64,000 nucleotides of DNA from an uncultured Chloroflexia bacterium (GTDB lineage: Bacteria > Chloroflexota > Limnocylindria > Limnocylindrales > CSP1-4). The stretch spans positions 43,937 to 107,936 of the forward strand of contig CAWHCW010000007.1 in assembly GCA_963827965.1 (NCBI GenBank), given 5' to 3'. The translations under genes were made by a program, and so were the position numbers. Of the stretch, positions 51,603-63,145 are shown piece by piece. Every line of letters starts with the position of its first letter. The first letter of the stretch is position 1. Below the pieces are notes generated by a model. The model worked only from the letters and a program-made list of their open reading frames with translations, was not told the origin of the DNA and searched no databases.

Positions 51603-52958
51603 TCAGTCGGCGTAGATCAGCTCGCGGACGGCCGCGATGTCGCGGCGCAGCTCGTCGTTGACCGCGGCCTCGCGGTTGATCTTGTCGCAGGCGTGGAGGA
51701 CGGTCGAGTGGTCGCGGCCGCCCAGCTCGGCGCCGATGCGCAGGAGCGAGACGTCGGTCTCCTCGCGCATCAGGAACATCGCGATCTGGCGCGGCGTGAC
51801 GATCGCCCTGTCGCGCTTCTGGCCCCGCAGCTGCTCCATGGCGACCCCGTAGTACTCGGAGACCGCGCGGGCGATCTTCTCCGGGGTGACCTGGCGCTTC
51901 TTCGGGTTGTAGAGGACGTTCGACAGGACCGCCTGGGCGAGCTCGATCGTGATCGGCATCGCCCCCATGCTGGCGTAGGCGACGACCCGGTTGAGGGCGC
52001 CCTCGAGCTCGCGGATGTTGCTGACCACCTTGCGGGCGATGAACTCCACCACGTCGGAGCCGATCGGCACCGAGGACTCCTCGGCCTTGGCCCGCAGGAT
52101 GGCGATCCGGGTCTCCAGGTCGGGGGCCGTGAGGTCGGCGATGAGGCCCCACTCGAACCGGCTGCGCAGGCGCTCCTCGAGCGTGGTGATCTGCTTCGGC
52201 GGCCGGTCGGAGGAGAGGACGATCTGCTTCCCGTCCTCGTGGATGGTGTTGAAGGTGTGGAAGAACTCCTCCTGGGTCCGCTCCTTGTCGGCGATGAACT
52301 GGATGTCGTCGATCAGGAGGAGGTCGATCCGCCGGTAGCGCGCCCGGAAGTCGTCGATCCGTCCCTGCTGGATGCTCGTGATGAACTCGTTGGTGAACTT
52401 CTCGCTGGTGGCGTAGACGACCTTCTTGCGCGGGAAGCGGGCGATCACGGCGTTGCCGATCGCGTGCATCAGGTGCGTCTTGCCCAGGCCCACACCGCCG
52501 TACAGGAAGAGCGGGTTGTAGGCGTGGCCCGGCCGCTCGGCGACCGAGAGGGCGGCTGCGTGGGCCAGCCGGTTGGCCGAGCCGACGATGAAGTTGCCGA
52601 AGGCGTAGCGAGCGTTCAGGCTCGACGAGCCGCCCTCGGCACCGACGCGGGTCGGCTCGACGCGGACCTGCTGGGCGGCCGCTTCGGCAGGGGCGAGGCC
52701 GGCCTGCCCCGCATCCTCGCGGACCAGGAACTCCACCTGGACGCTGTAGCCGACGATGCGGGCCAGCGTCTGCGAGATGAGCGACCGGTAGCGGGTCTCC
52801 AGCCAGTCCTTGGCGAAGCCATTCGGGACCGCGATCCGGAAATGGGTGTCGTCCACGTCGACGAGCGAGGTGTGGCGGAGCCACGTCTCGAAGTTCGCCG
52901 GGGACAAGGCGACCTGGAGCTCCCCGAGCGCCGCGCGCCAGATGTGCTTCGCGTCCAT
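51603..52958 (-). CDS. dnaA: chromosomal replication initiator DnaA
   Basis: Intact 451 aa ORF: LFLYGGVGLGKTHLMHAIGN, LLIDDIQFIADKERTQEEFFHTFN, and the C-terminal DNA-binding HTH (GGRDHSTVLHA). Confidence 0.97.
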   Translation of the reverse strand: MDAKHIWRAALGELQVALSPANFETWLRHTSLVDVDDTHFRIAVPNGFAKDWLETRYRSLISQTLARIVGYSVQVEFLVREDAGQAGLAPAEAAAQQVRVEPTRVGAEGGSSSLNARYAFGNFIVGSANRLAHAAALSVAERPGHAYNPLFLYGGVGLGKTHLMHAIGNAVIARFPRKKVVYATSEKFTNEFITSIQQGRIDDFRARYRRIDLLLIDDIQFIADKERTQEEFFHTFNTIHEDGKQIVLSSDRPPKQITTLEERLRSRFEWGLIADLTAPDLETRIAILRAKAEESSVPIGSDVVEFIARKVVSNIRELEGALNRVVAYASMGAMPITIELAQAVLSNVLYNPKKRQVTPEKIARAVSEYYGVAMEQLRGQKRDRAIVTPRQIAMFLMREETDVSLLRIGAELGGRDHSTVLHACDKINREAAVNDELRRDIAAVRELIYAD

Positions 52959-53454
52959 AGGGCCCTGTCGGCCCGGCGCCGGGGCGCCGGATGGGAGGTT
53001 GGGGATGGGATGAGGTGAGGCTGACGGAGGAAGGGCGGCGGCGTGACGATGAGCCGCTCCGGACTGCCGGAGTCGCCCACCAGCCTCCCCGTGGAAGGCC
53101 CCCCAGGGTCACCCGCGGGCGTCCCCGGAGCCGTGGGCCGCCGCATCGTAGCACCGCCCCAGAGGGCCCCGCAAGGCGATTCGGCCTCCAATCGCCGATA
53201 CTCCGGGGGGGTATCGGCCCACTGCCTCTGCCTGCTCTGTCCGCCTCGGCCACCCGTCGCAGCAAACCACTCCCCACCGGGGTCCGCCGCGACTGTTCGC
53301 GAGCCCGGCCGGGCAGGCGACCGGTCGCGCCAGGCTCCTCGAGCCGCTCGAGGACTCGGCCGGTGTATCGACACCACCACCAGCGTGCGGAAGGGGCTCA
53401 ACCCGTGTCGGACGCGTCACAGGCGCTGGGATGCTCCGGCGACGGGCACCTCCT

Positions 53455-53482
53455 TTGACACGCCGGGGTGGCGTTCCATAAT
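53455..53482 (+). promoter_or_regulatory. putative rpmH promoter (TTGACA-16-CATAAT)
   Basis: TTGACA at 53455-53460, CATAAT at 53477-53482, about 110 nt upstream of the rpmH ATG. Confidence 0.4.
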
Positions 53483-53483
53483 C

Positions 53484-53530
53484 GCCCGGCGTTGACGCGC
53501 CCGGCGTTCGCGCGCCCGGCGCGTTGGCGT
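53484..53530. repeat. three tandem 15-17 nt direct repeats (cgcccggcgtt[g/c][a/g]cg) immediately downstream of the putative rpmH -10
   Basis: cgcccggcgttgacg / cgcccggcgttcgcg / cgcccggcgcgttggcg, read directly in the sequence. Confidence 0.5.
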
Positions 53531-53595
53531 GCCTCTTCGAATCGCGCGGCGGTTCGATCCGGAGGCTGGACACCAAGAGGAAGACACGACGCCCG

Positions 53596-53730
53596 ATGAA
53601 GCAGACCTACCAGCCGAAGAAGCGCCATCGCGCGAAGGAGCACGGCTTCCGCGCCCGGATGAAGACCGCCGGGGGCCGCCGCGTTCTGGCCACTCGTCGC
53701 GCTCGGGGCCGCAAGCGGCTGGCGGTCTGA
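53596..53730 (+). CDS. rpmH: 50S ribosomal protein L34
   Basis: [44 protein letters not shown]. Confidence 0.95.
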   Translation: MKQTYQPKKRHRAKEHGFRARMKTAGGRRVLATRRARGRKRLAV

Positions 53731-53751
53731 CACCGGCACCGGGCCGCCCCC

Positions 53752-54101
53752 GTGGACGGCTCGCGACGCTCACCCGACCCGCGGACTTCGCGGCGATCCA
53801 GGCTCGCGGGACCTCCCGGTCCCACCCGCTGATGACCGCCCGGTTCCTGCGGACCGGCTCCGACGGCGTCCGGTTCGGCCTCGCCACCGGCCGCGCCCTC
53901 GGGGGCTCGGTCGTCCGAAACCGGGCCCGGCGGCGGCTCCGGGAGACACTCAGGGTGATGGCGCCCTCGTTCCAGCCGGGCTGGGACGTTCTGATCATCG
54001 CCCGGCCGGCGCTCGTGGACGCGGACCATGGGGCGCTCGTCGAGGCGCTGGAGCGACTCCTCCGGCGGGGGGGAGTGCTCGGAGGATCGGCGGACGCGTG
54101 A
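53752..54101 (+). CDS. rnpA: ribonuclease P protein component (start unresolved, probable indel near the start)
   Basis: [15 protein letters not shown]...[26 protein letters not shown]...DVLIIARP. No in-frame start codon lies between the rpmH stop and this sequence. Confidence 0.75.
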
Positions 54102-54304
54102 AGCGGATCGGGATCGGGCTCATTCACCTCTACCGAACGGTCTTCGCGTGGCTGCCGTCGAGCTGCCGCTACCACCCCACCTGCTCGCACTACGCGGAGC
54201 AGGCGATCGACAAGTACGGCCTGGCACGGGGCAGCTGGATGGGCGCAAAGCGGATCGCGCGATGCCACCCCTGGCACCCTGGCGGATATGACCCCGTTCG
54301 ATGA
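54098..54304 (+). CDS. yidD: membrane protein insertion efficiency factor YidD
   Basis: [62 protein letters not shown]. Confidence 0.85.
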   Translation: MKRIGIGLIHLYRTVFAWLPSSCRYHPTCSHYAEQAIDKYGLARGSWMGAKRIARCHPWHPGGYDPVR

Positions 54305-55511
54305 AGCCGAGGACCTCGTGACCCTCCCCCGCATCCGGCGCGACCACCTGCTTCTTCTCGCCCTCCTGGCGCTCGTCATCCTCGTCGTGGCCGCCTGTGC
54401 CGGTTCGCCGGCGGTCGTCCCGGGCGGCTCGGCGGCACCGTCCGCCACGGCGTCGCCGCATCCGCCTCTGACCCCGGCCGAGCCCGGGGCGGACCCCGTC
54501 AAGCTCCTGGCCTGGATCTTCAACCCGATCTTCCAGGCCCTCTTCATCGTCCTCGCGGGGATGGAGCAGGTCACGGGCGACATCGGCATCGCGATCATCG
54601 TGATGACGCTCATCGTTCGCGCCGCCCTCATCCCGCTCTTCCGCCGCCAGATCGTGTCCATGAAGCGGACGCAGATCCTCCAGCCCGAGCTCAAGGAGCT
54701 GCAGAAGCGCTACAAGGGTGACCGGGCGCGCTTCAGCCAGGCCCAGATGGAGCTCTACAAGGAGCGCGGGGTCAACCCGGCGTCGGGCTGCCTCCCGATG
54801 CTGCTCCAGCTGCCCCTCCTCCTGATCATCTACCAGGTCATCAGCCAGGGCCTCACCAACCCGGACCCGACCGCCATGTTCAACGTCTTCGGGCTCCAGG
54901 TCCTCAACATCCATTGCGTCAACGGTCTCGGGACAGCGGCCTACGACGCCTACAAGCCGTGCATCGACACGACGGTCGCCTGGCTCGGCAACATGGACGT
55001 CTCGAAGGCGCAGGTGCTCTTCAGCCTGCCCCTCATCGGCGGGTTCAGCCTCCTGGCCTTCATCTCGGCGATTCTCCAGCTCGTCCAGAGCCGGATGACG
55101 ATGCCGCCGTCGGACCCCTCCTACCAGGACCAGAACAGCAAGGTCCAGCGCCAGCTGGTCCTGTTCCTGCCCCTCATCTCGATCCTCTACGGCGGGTTCC
55201 TGCCCGCCGGCCTCTTCATCTACTGGATCGTCACGACGGTCTTCGGGATCGCCCAGCAGTACCTGATCGTCGGCTGGGGCTCCATGTTCCCCATCCTCCG
55301 CTGGACGCCGGGCTTCGCCAGGGACCACCGCCCGCGCTTCCCGGTCGCGCCGCCGTCGCTGCGATCCGCCCCGCCCGACGACGCGAAATCCGGGCGGACC
55401 ACTCCATCACGAGCCACTGCGCGCACCGAGGCCGACCGCACCAAATCCGCGGCGGCCACCGTGCGATCGCGCGAACGAGGCCGCCAGGGCCGCCGAGGGA
55501 GAAAGCGCTGA
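54288..55511 (+). CDS. yidC: membrane protein insertase YidC/Oxa1 family
   Basis: [46 protein letters not shown]...[16 protein letters not shown]...[20 protein letters not shown]. Confidence 0.9.
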   Translation: MTPFDEAEDLVTLPRIRRDHLLLLALLALVILVVAACAGSPAVVPGGSAAPSATASPHPPLTPAEPGADPVKLLAWIFNPIFQALFIVLAGMEQVTGDIGIAIIVMTLIVRAALIPLFRRQIVSMKRTQILQPELKELQKRYKGDRARFSQAQMELYKERGVNPASGCLPMLLQLPLLLIIYQVISQGLTNPDPTAMFNVFGLQVLNIHCVNGLGTAAYDAYKPCIDTTVAWLGNMDVSKAQVLFSLPLIGGFSLLAFISAILQLVQSRMTMPPSDPSYQDQNSKVQRQLVLFLPLISILYGGFLPAGLFIYWIVTTVFGIAQQYLIVGWGSMFPILRWTPGFARDHRPRFPVAPPSLRSAPPDDAKSGRTTPSRATARTEADRTKSAAATVRSRERGRQGRRGRKR

Positions 55512-55515
55512 GACC

Positions 55516-56649
55516 ATGAGCGAGTACCGCGAGTTCACCGGCAAGTCCGTCGAGGAAGCCCTCCGCAACGCCCGCGAGGCGTTCGGGGTCGGCCTCGACG
55601 AGCTCGACTTCGAGATCCTCACCCCCGGCAGCCGGGGCGTCCTGGGGATGGGCGCGGAGCCCGCCCGCATCGTTGCTGCGCCGCGCAGCGCCCTCGGAGG
55701 AGCAGCGCCCAAGCGGTCGGCCGCCGAGGCCACGCCGCTCCCGGCCCGCCCGCCGCGCGACGACCGCGGCCCGCGCGACGACCGCGGCCCGCGCGACGAC
55801 CGCGGACCTCGCCGCGACGAGCGCCCGCGCCGCGACGAGCGCCCGCGCGACGACCGCGGACCTCGCCGCGACGAGCGCCCCGTGGGGTACGAGGAGCGCC
55901 CGCGCGACGACCATGGCCCGCGGCGCGACGACCGCCCGCGCGACGAGCGCCCCGTGGGGCACGAGGAGCGCCCCGTGCGCCGCGAGGAGCGCCCGCGCGA
56001 CGACCATGGCCCGCGGCGCGACGAGCGCCCGCGCCGCGATCGCGGCGAGCGCGTCGCCCGTCCCGCCGGCGCGCCGGATCGCCGCGGCGCCTCGACCGTC
56101 TCGACCGCCGAGGAGGAGATGGTCCAGGTCGCCCGTTCGCTCATCCGCGAGCGCGAGGAGCTCCAGGCCGCCGAGGCATCGCCCGCGGCGCTCGCCGCCG
56201 GCGAGACGATCCTGGCGCAGCTCATGGAGCACCTCGGCTTCGAGGTGGACGTCGTCGTCGAGACCGGCGAGACGAACCGCCTGAACGTCGTCGGGGTGGA
56301 CGACGAGGAGCACGAGGCCCTCGGCGCCCTCATCGGGCGCAAGGGCGAGCGGCTCTCCGCGCTCCAGCACATCGTGAACCTGATGCTCTCGCGCAAGATG
56401 GGCGAGTGGACCCGCGTCCTCGTCGACGTCGAGGGCTATCGCGGGCGCCGCGAGCAGCAGCTCCGCGAGATCGCGCTGCGGGCGGCCGACAAGGTCGTCG
56501 AGTCGGGGAAGATGCTGCAGCTCGAGCCGATGCCCGCGCTCGAGCGGCGCTGGATCCACCTCACCCTCCGCGGGCACGCTTCCGTCGGGACCCAGTCGAT
56601 CGGCGAGGAGCCGAACCGCCGGATCGTGATCATCCCGCGGGCAGGCTGA
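55516..56649 (+). CDS. jag: Jag/KhpB-like R3H-domain RNA-binding protein with an expanded Arg/Asp/Glu/Pro repeat linker
   Basis: The N-terminal Jag_N (MSEYREFTGKSVEEALRNAREAFGV) and the C-terminal KH/R3H (GRKGERLSALQHIVNLMLSRK...RRWIHLTLRG) flank a repetitive RDDRGPRRDERP region. Confidence 0.8.
   Translation: MSEYREFTGKSVEEALRNAREAFGVGLDELDFEILTPGSRGVLGMGAEPARIVAAPRSALGGAAPKRSAAEATPLPARPPRDDRGPRDDRGPRDDRGPRRDERPRRDERPRDDRGPRRDERPVGYEERPRDDHGPRRDDRPRDERPVGHEERPVRREERPRDDHGPRRDERPRRDRGERVARPAGAPDRRGASTVSTAEEEMVQVARSLIREREELQAAEASPAALAAGETILAQLMEHLGFEVDVVVETGETNRLNVVGVDDEEHEALGALIGRKGERLSALQHIVNLMLSRKMGEWTRVLVDVEGYRGRREQQLREIALRAADKVVESGKMLQLEPMPALERRWIHLTLRGHASVGTQSIGEEPNRRIVIIPRAG
55755..56045 (+). 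repeat. imperfect tandem repeat (18-nt units cgcgacgaccgcggcccg and variants) encoding the RDDRGP/RDERPR linker inside jag
   Basis: Direct repetition is visible in both the DNA and the translation. Confidence 0.6.
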
Positions 56650-56753
56650 GCGGCGGCCGGCGAAGGCTCCCGCGCGCGCGAAACGCGGGGGCGCCCTTAC
56701 GCGTCCCATCCCCGCAATGCTGGTAAATTCCGCGATCCAATGACCGCCATCCA

Positions 56754-58659
56754 ATGACCGCCCCCGCGACGCCACCGGCGTCCTCCAGGAGCTTCCCGTT
56801 CGGGAAGCTCATCCTCGGCGTGGTCGCCGGGTTCATGCTCGCCCTCGGGTTCGGCGCCGGCGCTCTGCTCGCCTACCAGGGCCAGTACGCGGAGCGGATC
56901 TACCCCGGCGTGACCGTCGCCGGCGTTGATGTCGCCGGCCTGTCGCGCGACGGCGCCGCGGCCCTCCTCGAGCGAGAGCTCGCCGGCTACGCCACCGGCG
57001 AGGCCGTCATCGACGTTGACGGAGCCACGCTCCGCATCCCCTACGCCGCCCTCGGACGACGCGCCGACGTCGCCACCCTCGTCGAGCTGGCGTGGTCGGT
57101 CGGCCGGAGCGAGCCGGACCCGGTCGGCCGGGCGGCGCTGGGCGTCCGCAGCCTGCTCGACGGCACCCGGATCGAGCCCCTCGTGGTCCTCGATCCCGCT
57201 GCGGTCGGCCTCGAGGTCGCCCGGGCGGCACGCAGCATCGCCCGGGCCCCGGTGAGCGCGACGGCGGCCGCGACGAAGACCGGCTTCTCCACCACGCCCG
57301 CGGCCACGGGTCGCGGGCTCGCCAACGAGGAGGTCGCCCGAGCGCTCCTCGACCGACTGGCGGACCCGGGCGCTCCCGAGACGCTCGAGCTCGCCTTTGA
57401 CGCCGTGGTGATCCAGCCGTCCGTCTCCGACGTGGAGGCCGCCTGCGTCGGTCGCCGCCGCCGAGCGCATGGCCAAGGACGTCGTGCTGGCCCACGCCAA
57501 GGAGACCTGGACCATCAAGGCGGCGACGGTTCGGAGCTGGATCACCTTCACCCCGACCGCCGCGGGCGACTACGGCCCGGCGATCGCGCCCGACGCCCCG
57601 ACGCAGGCACTGGCGGCCCTCGCCAAGAAGATCGACCGCGCGCCGAAGGACGCCACCTTCCTCGTGGGTCGCGGCACGGCCGTGGTCGGCGTCGTGGCGG
57701 CGAAGAACGGCCGGGCCCTGGATGTCGCGGCGTCGGCGCCGCTCGTCGCCCAGGCGGTCCTCGATCGCGCGACGGCCACCACGACCGAGCCGCCGGCGCC
57801 CGTCGCCCTCGCGATCGCCGTCGTCAAGCCGAAGCTGACGACCGAGGAGGCCCAGAAGGCCGCGCCGCTCATGAAGCGCCTGTCGACCTGGACCACCAAC
57901 TTCCACCGCTACGAGGCGAACGGGTTCGGCAACAACATCTCCATCCCCACGAGCGACATCAACGGCTACGTGGTCCAGCCCGGCGCCGTCTTCGACTTCT
58001 GGTCGGCGCTCGGCCCGGTCACCTACGCGCGCGGCTACCGGGACGGCGGGGCGATCCTCAACGGGCGCACCCAGCCCACGGGCGCCCTGGCCGGCGGGAT
58101 CTGCTCCGTCTCCACGACGCTCTTCAACGCGGCGGCGCGAGGGGGGTTCGCAATCCTCGAACGGGCCGCTCACTACTACTACATCGATCGCTACCCGGTC
58201 GGTCTCGACGCGACGGTCTGGAGGACGGGGGGCGCGACGCGGAGCATGCGCTTCCGCAACGACACCAAGTACCCGATCCTCATCCGGGGGGTCACGGGGG
58301 TCAACTTCGTCCGCTTCGAGATCTGGGGGCCGCCCACCGGACGCACCGTCTCGTTCAGCCGGCCGACCACGAAGGGCTTCCAGCGCGCGACCGACTCGAT
58401 CCAGTACACGACGAGCCTCCGCGCCGGGGCGACGAAGCGGATCGAGTACCCGGTCAACGGCTTCCAGGCGTGGGTGACCCGGACCGTCCGCGACGCCAAC
58501 GGCAAGGTCATCCACAAGGAGACGTGGTACTCGAACTACAAGCGGGTCAACGGCATCCTGCTGGTCGGCAGGAGCGCGGCGACGAGCGGCGGGACGACCC
58601 CGACGCCGACGCCGACCCCGGTGCCGACCCCGACCCCGACGCCGGCGCCGACCCAGTAG
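56754..58659 (+). CDS. VanW-family protein with an N-terminal TM anchor and a C-terminal Thr/Pro-rich tail (frameshift near 57445)
   Basis: N-terminal ...YPGVTVAGVDVAGLSRDGAAALLEREL...; VanW core ...ICSVSTTLFNAAARGGFAILERAAHYYYIDRYPVGLDATV...; ends GGTTPTPTPTPVPTPTPTPAPTQ. Confidence 0.65.
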
Positions 58660-58747
58660 CCGAGCACGGCGGCGCGGCTCGATCGGTCGTCAGGCAGCCC
58701 GCCGGCTCCGACGCCGTCTCTCCCCCCGGGCGACTCGCCATCGACAG

Positions 58748-59897
58748 TCAGCGCGGGCCGGCGGCCACGCGCGAGACGCCGCTCGACTGGCGGACGACGA
58801 GCTGGGTGGGCAGGACGATCCGGGAGGTCTCGCTGCGAATCCCCTCGATCCGGTCTGCGATCAGGCGGGCGGCCGTCCGCCCCATCTGCTCGCGCGGTTG
58901 GGCGACGGTCGTCAGCGGCACCCGCAGCTTCTGGGCCAGCGGGTCGTCGTCGAACCCCACGATGGCGATGTCGTCGGGCACGCGGAGCCCGAGTCCCGCG
59001 CACGCCTCCAGGACGCTGATCGCGATCCGGTCGTGGAGGGCGAAGACCGCCGTCGGGAGCTCGCGACTCGAGAGAAACCGCGCGATCCGGCGCGCGTTGT
59101 CCGCGATGGTCCGGTCCTCGTCGGTCGGATCGGGCGGGATCGTCGGCAGGCGGGTGAAGATCAGCGCCGCGTCCGGTGCGATGCCAGCCGCGCGGAGCGC
59201 CTGCTCGTAGCCCTGGAGGCGCTCGAGGACCGACGTGGTCGAGAGGTTGTCACTCGAGATGAAGGCGATCCGGCGATGCCCGAGCTCGACGAGATGCGAG
59301 ACCGCCAGGAAGGCCCCGCCAACGTTCTCGGGCAGCACCGCGTCGATCGACAGGCCAACGATATGGCGGTCGATGAGCACCATGGGGAAGGCGTCCTCGA
59401 CGAGCTGGCGGTACGTCGCGTGGTCCGGCCGACTGTCGATCGGCAGGACGATCAGCCCGCTCACCCCCTCTCCGAGGATGCGATGGACCCGGCCATCCTC
59501 CTGCTCGCGCGTGTTGCCGCTCGTCCCGACCAGAAGGGAGTACCCGCGCCCATGAAGCTCGTCCTCGATCGCGGTCAGCATCGCCGGCAGGGCGGGCCGG
59601 GCGATCGACGGAACGATCAGGCCGACGACGCGACGCCGGGCCTCCAGGACGCGCGGTCGTGGCCCGCGCACGAAGGTTCCGCGCCCCGGGATGGAGTCGA
59701 GATAGCCGGCCAGACGGAGCGACGCGAGCGCCTGGCGGAGCGTCCCCCGGCTGACGCCGAACTCGGCGGCCAGGCGCGGCTCGGACGGCAGCCTGGCACC
59801 CGCCGGATAGCGCCCCGACTGGATCCCGGCCTCGATCTCTTCCGAGATCCGGCGGTGCGCCGGCGGTACGAGATCGAGGGAGCCGTCCTCGCGCGTC
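58748..59897 (-). CDS. GntR-family transcriptional regulator with a periplasmic-binding-protein-like sugar-binding domain
   Basis: HTH ARLPSEPRLAAEFGVSRGTLRQALASLRLAGYLDSIPGRGTFV, then a LacI/PBP-type effector domain (VGLIVPSIARPALPAMLTAIEDEL...LIVLPID). Confidence 0.7.
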
Positions 59898-59933
59898 ATC
59901 GTCGCCTGGCCAGCGCCCGTTGAGGGCGGGGTC

Positions 59934-61199
59934 TCATGTTCGGGGAATCCGCACGTCGCCGAGGCAGGGCACGGTCCCGGTGGCGACAGCCCGGTAGGCG
60001 AACAGGTAGAGCGCGGCCGACCACGCCTGCAGGGTGACTCCCATTGGACGACCAGTCCGTCCATGCAGCCACTCGTTGAATTCCCAGCCCTCGCCGTGGC
60101 TCTCCCGGAGCGCGCGGGCCAGCCGGTCCAGGTGCTCCGCGGCTTCCCCGTGTCGGCCGGCATCGACCAGGGCGGCCACGAGGAAGCCGCCGATGAAGGG
60201 CCAGATGCCGCCGTTGTGGTACTGGTCCGGCAGGCTCAGGTACCCGTTCCGGTAGTAGTCCCGCCAGTCCTTGTGCCCGGGCTCGATCGGCGGGTGGATG
60301 GCCTTGGCCGGGTAGGGCCGGGCGACCCCAACCTCGTCGAAGTAGGACAGAATCTGGTCGGCCCGGCGGGCGCTCGCGACGCCGGCGACGATCGCCAGGC
60401 TGTTGCCCAGGACGTCGCACCAGTCGCCGAAGTCGCGGAAGGCCACCCAGGGCAGGTAGAACGGACGGCCCCACAGCTGGACCACCGTCGCCTGCACCAG
60501 CCGGCGGCTCTCCTGGTGGGCTCCGGTGAGTCCGGGCGACGTGGCGCTCGCCCACAGCCCGTGGTCGGACTCGACCCAATGGAGGGCGTTGAGCCGTTCG
60601 GTCACGATCCCGGCCAGGTTCGCGTGCAGCTCCGGATCCGGCAGGTCGATGCGGCTCGCCAGGGCCGAGTAGGCGCGCAGCGCCATCGCGTACAGGACGT
60701 TGGTGTAGAGCACCTTGCCGCGATTTGCCAGGAGATCGGCCCAGTCGGCCGCCTCTTGTGATTCGACCAGCCCGTCATCGTCGGTGTCCTGGTAGCGCAC
60801 CCAGAGCATGGCCCGGGCGATCCCCTCGCGATGCCGCTCCAGGAGGTCCTGCGCCCCGAACGTCCGGTCCATCACGTGGTGGCCGAGGATGTACCACAGG
60901 TTGCTGTCGATGGCACCGGCATTGGCCGAGCTCGGATGTCCATCGGACGCGATGTTGAGGGGGACGTAGCCGAGCGGCGACTGGTGGGCCGTCAACGTCT
61001 GGAGCGAGGCGCGGAGCGGGGGGAGCAGGTCCTCGAGCCCGTCCGCGCAGATGCCCAGGAGCGAGATCATCGCGTCGCGGGCCCACACCTCCGGGTAGCC
61101 GGCCTCGCCGGCGGAGGCGCGCAGCCCGAGCGAGGTGACGCAGCCGGCGAGGACGTCCCGCGCTCGGCCCGCGGCCTCCTCGGTCAGGGAGGGGCTCAT
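59934..61199 (-). CDS. (alpha/alpha)6-barrel glycoside hydrolase (GDE_C / GH100 invertase-like)
   Basis: GYPEVWARDAMISLLGI...IDSNLWYIL...ADWADLLANRGKVLYTNVLYAMALRA...YHNGGIWPFIGGFLVAALV. Confidence 0.6.
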   Translation of the reverse strand: MSPSLTEEAAGRARDVLAGCVTSLGLRASAGEAGYPEVWARDAMISLLGICADGLEDLLPPLRASLQTLTAHQSPLGYVPLNIASDGHPSSANAGAIDSNLWYILGHHVMDRTFGAQDLLERHREGIARAMLWVRYQDTDDDGLVESQEAADWADLLANRGKVLYTNVLYAMALRAYSALASRIDLPDPELHANLAGIVTERLNALHWVESDHGLWASATSPGLTGAHQESRRLVQATVVQLWGRPFYLPWVAFRDFGDWCDVLGNSLAIVAGVASARRADQILSYFDEVGVARPYPAKAIHPPIEPGHKDWRDYYRNGYLSLPDQYHNGGIWPFIGGFLVAALVDAGRHGEAAEHLDRLARALRESHGEGWEFNEWLHGRTGRPMGVTLQAWSAALYLFAYRAVATGTVPCLGDVRIPRT

Positions 61200-61259
61200 C
61201 GGGCCACCGTCCCTTCGAGGCTCCGGGCGATGACGCTGTCAGGGGGACCGGCCTGCCCT

Positions 61260-62080
61260 TCAGGCGGGCGTTCCCAGCGCACGTCCGGGTCGGGCTCGGG
61301 AACGGAGCCGATGAGCAGGCGCGTGTACGGGATCGACGGGGGCGTCGATGACGCTCCGTGTCGGTCCCCGCTCGACGATCCGGCCGCGGTGAAGGATGAA
61401 GATCTCGTCGCTCACCTGGTACGCGGTCGCGAGATCGTGGGTGATGTACAGGATGGACACGCCGAGCTTCTCCTTGAGCTGGACAGGGCGTCGAGGATGG
61501 CGGCGCGCAGCGAGGCATCGACCATCGAGACAGGCTCGTCGGCCACGATCAGGCTGGGCCGCAGCAGGAGGGCCCGGGCGATCATCAGCCGCTGCGCCTG
61601 GCCACCGCTCAGCTCGTGGGCGTACCGACCGAGGGTCTGGTCCGGGTCGAGGCCCACGGACCGGAGCGCATCGCGGACCAGCTCCCGGCCCGCTGCGCGC
61701 GACGGGGCAAGATGGAAGCGACCGAGCACCATGTCGAAGACATGGTCGACCCGATAGAAGGGGTTGAAGACGTCGGCGGGGTCCTGGAAGATCGCCTGGA
61801 CCTCGCGGCGGAAAGCCAGGCCCTCGTTCCGCAGCAGCGACCCGACCGGGCGCGCCGCGATAGCGGACCTCCCCCGCGGTCGGGGAGAGGAGGCCGAGGA
61901 CCAGGTGGGCGAGGGTCGACTTGCCGCTGCCGCTCTCGCCCGCGATCGCGGCGATGACCGGACGGTCTCGCCGGAAGCGCGAGCGACACGTCATCGAGGG
62001 CGACGACCTCGTGGCGGCGCAACGCGCCGCCGCCGAACGACCTTGCGCACGTGGTCGACCTCGAGGAGCGGCGGCGCGAT
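61260..62080 (-). CDS. oligopeptide/dipeptide ABC transporter ATP-binding protein (DppF-like), multiple frameshifts
   Basis: Walker A IAGESGSGKSTLAHLVLGLL, signature LSGGQAQRLMIARAL, and C-terminal VSILYITHDLATAYQVSDEIFILHRGRIVERGP, spread over three frames. Confidence 0.55.
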
Positions 62081-63145
62081 GCGGCCCGGGCGGTGTCAGC
62101 CATGGGCGATCGGGCGCTGCCGTTCCCGCGGCCACGCTCGCCGAGCGGACAGGCAACCAGGTGACCGTTCGTGATCTCGTGCATGAGCGGACGGGCCTCG
62201 GCCGGCCGACGCGCCGCCCTGGGTGCAGGCGTCGCCGAGGAAGCAGCGTGACGGATCGACCGGCGCCGCGGGCCATGAGCGACGGCGCGACCCCGAGCGG
62301 GTCGCGGATCGAGGGGACCGCGGCCATCAGGGCCCGCGTGTACGGATGGACCGGCTCGCGGAAGATCGCTCGCACCGGTCCGATCTCCACGAGCCGCCCG
62401 GCCCGCATGACCGCGAGCCGGTCGACCATCTGCGCCTGGAGCGCGAGGTCGTGGCCGATCAGGAGGAGCGACGCGCCGAGCCGCCCGGTCGCTTCGAGCA
62501 GCGTCTCGGCGACCGCGCGCTGGACGACGACGTCGAGGGCGCTCGTCGGTTCGTCGGCGATGAGCAGCCGCGGGTCCGAGGGCGGTGGCCATCGCGATGC
62601 AGACCCGCTGGCGCATTCCGCCGCTCAGCTCGTGCGGATACCGCCCGGCGACGTCGGGTTGCAGGCGCACGGACTCGAGCAGCCATCTCCACGCGCAGGC
62701 GGAGCGCCGCCCGGTCAGTCCGGTCCTCGTGGGCCGTGATCGCGTCGGCGATCTGCTCCCGGCCCGCATCACGGGGTTCAGGGCGTTCATCGATCCCTGC
62801 GGGATGCAGGCGACCCGGCGCCATCGAAGCCGCTGCAGCTCGCGCTCGGTTGACCGCCAGGAGGTCAACGCCATCGAGGACGGCCCGGCCCTCCTCGACC
62901 AGCCCCGGCGGCCGGATCAGGCGAAGGATCGCCAGGGCAGTGGTCGACTTGCCGCTGCCCGACTCGCCGACCAGGCCCAGGACCTCGCCCGGGTGCCACG
63001 TCGAAGCTGATCCCGTCCACGGCCGCGGACCCGTCCGGCGCGTCCGGGGTATGACACGCGCAGGCCCTCGACCGGAGAGCGTGGCGGCGCCCGGGACGGG
63101 CCCCGTTCCGCTTCGACGGCCGCGATGCCGGGCCCGGCGGTCATG
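62080..63145 (-). CDS. oligopeptide/dipeptide ABC transporter ATP-binding protein (DppD-like), multiple frameshifts
   Basis: N-terminal VEGLRVSYPGRAGRV...; signature LSGGMRQRVCIAMA. The start overlaps the upstream permease stop (ATGA). Confidence 0.5.
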
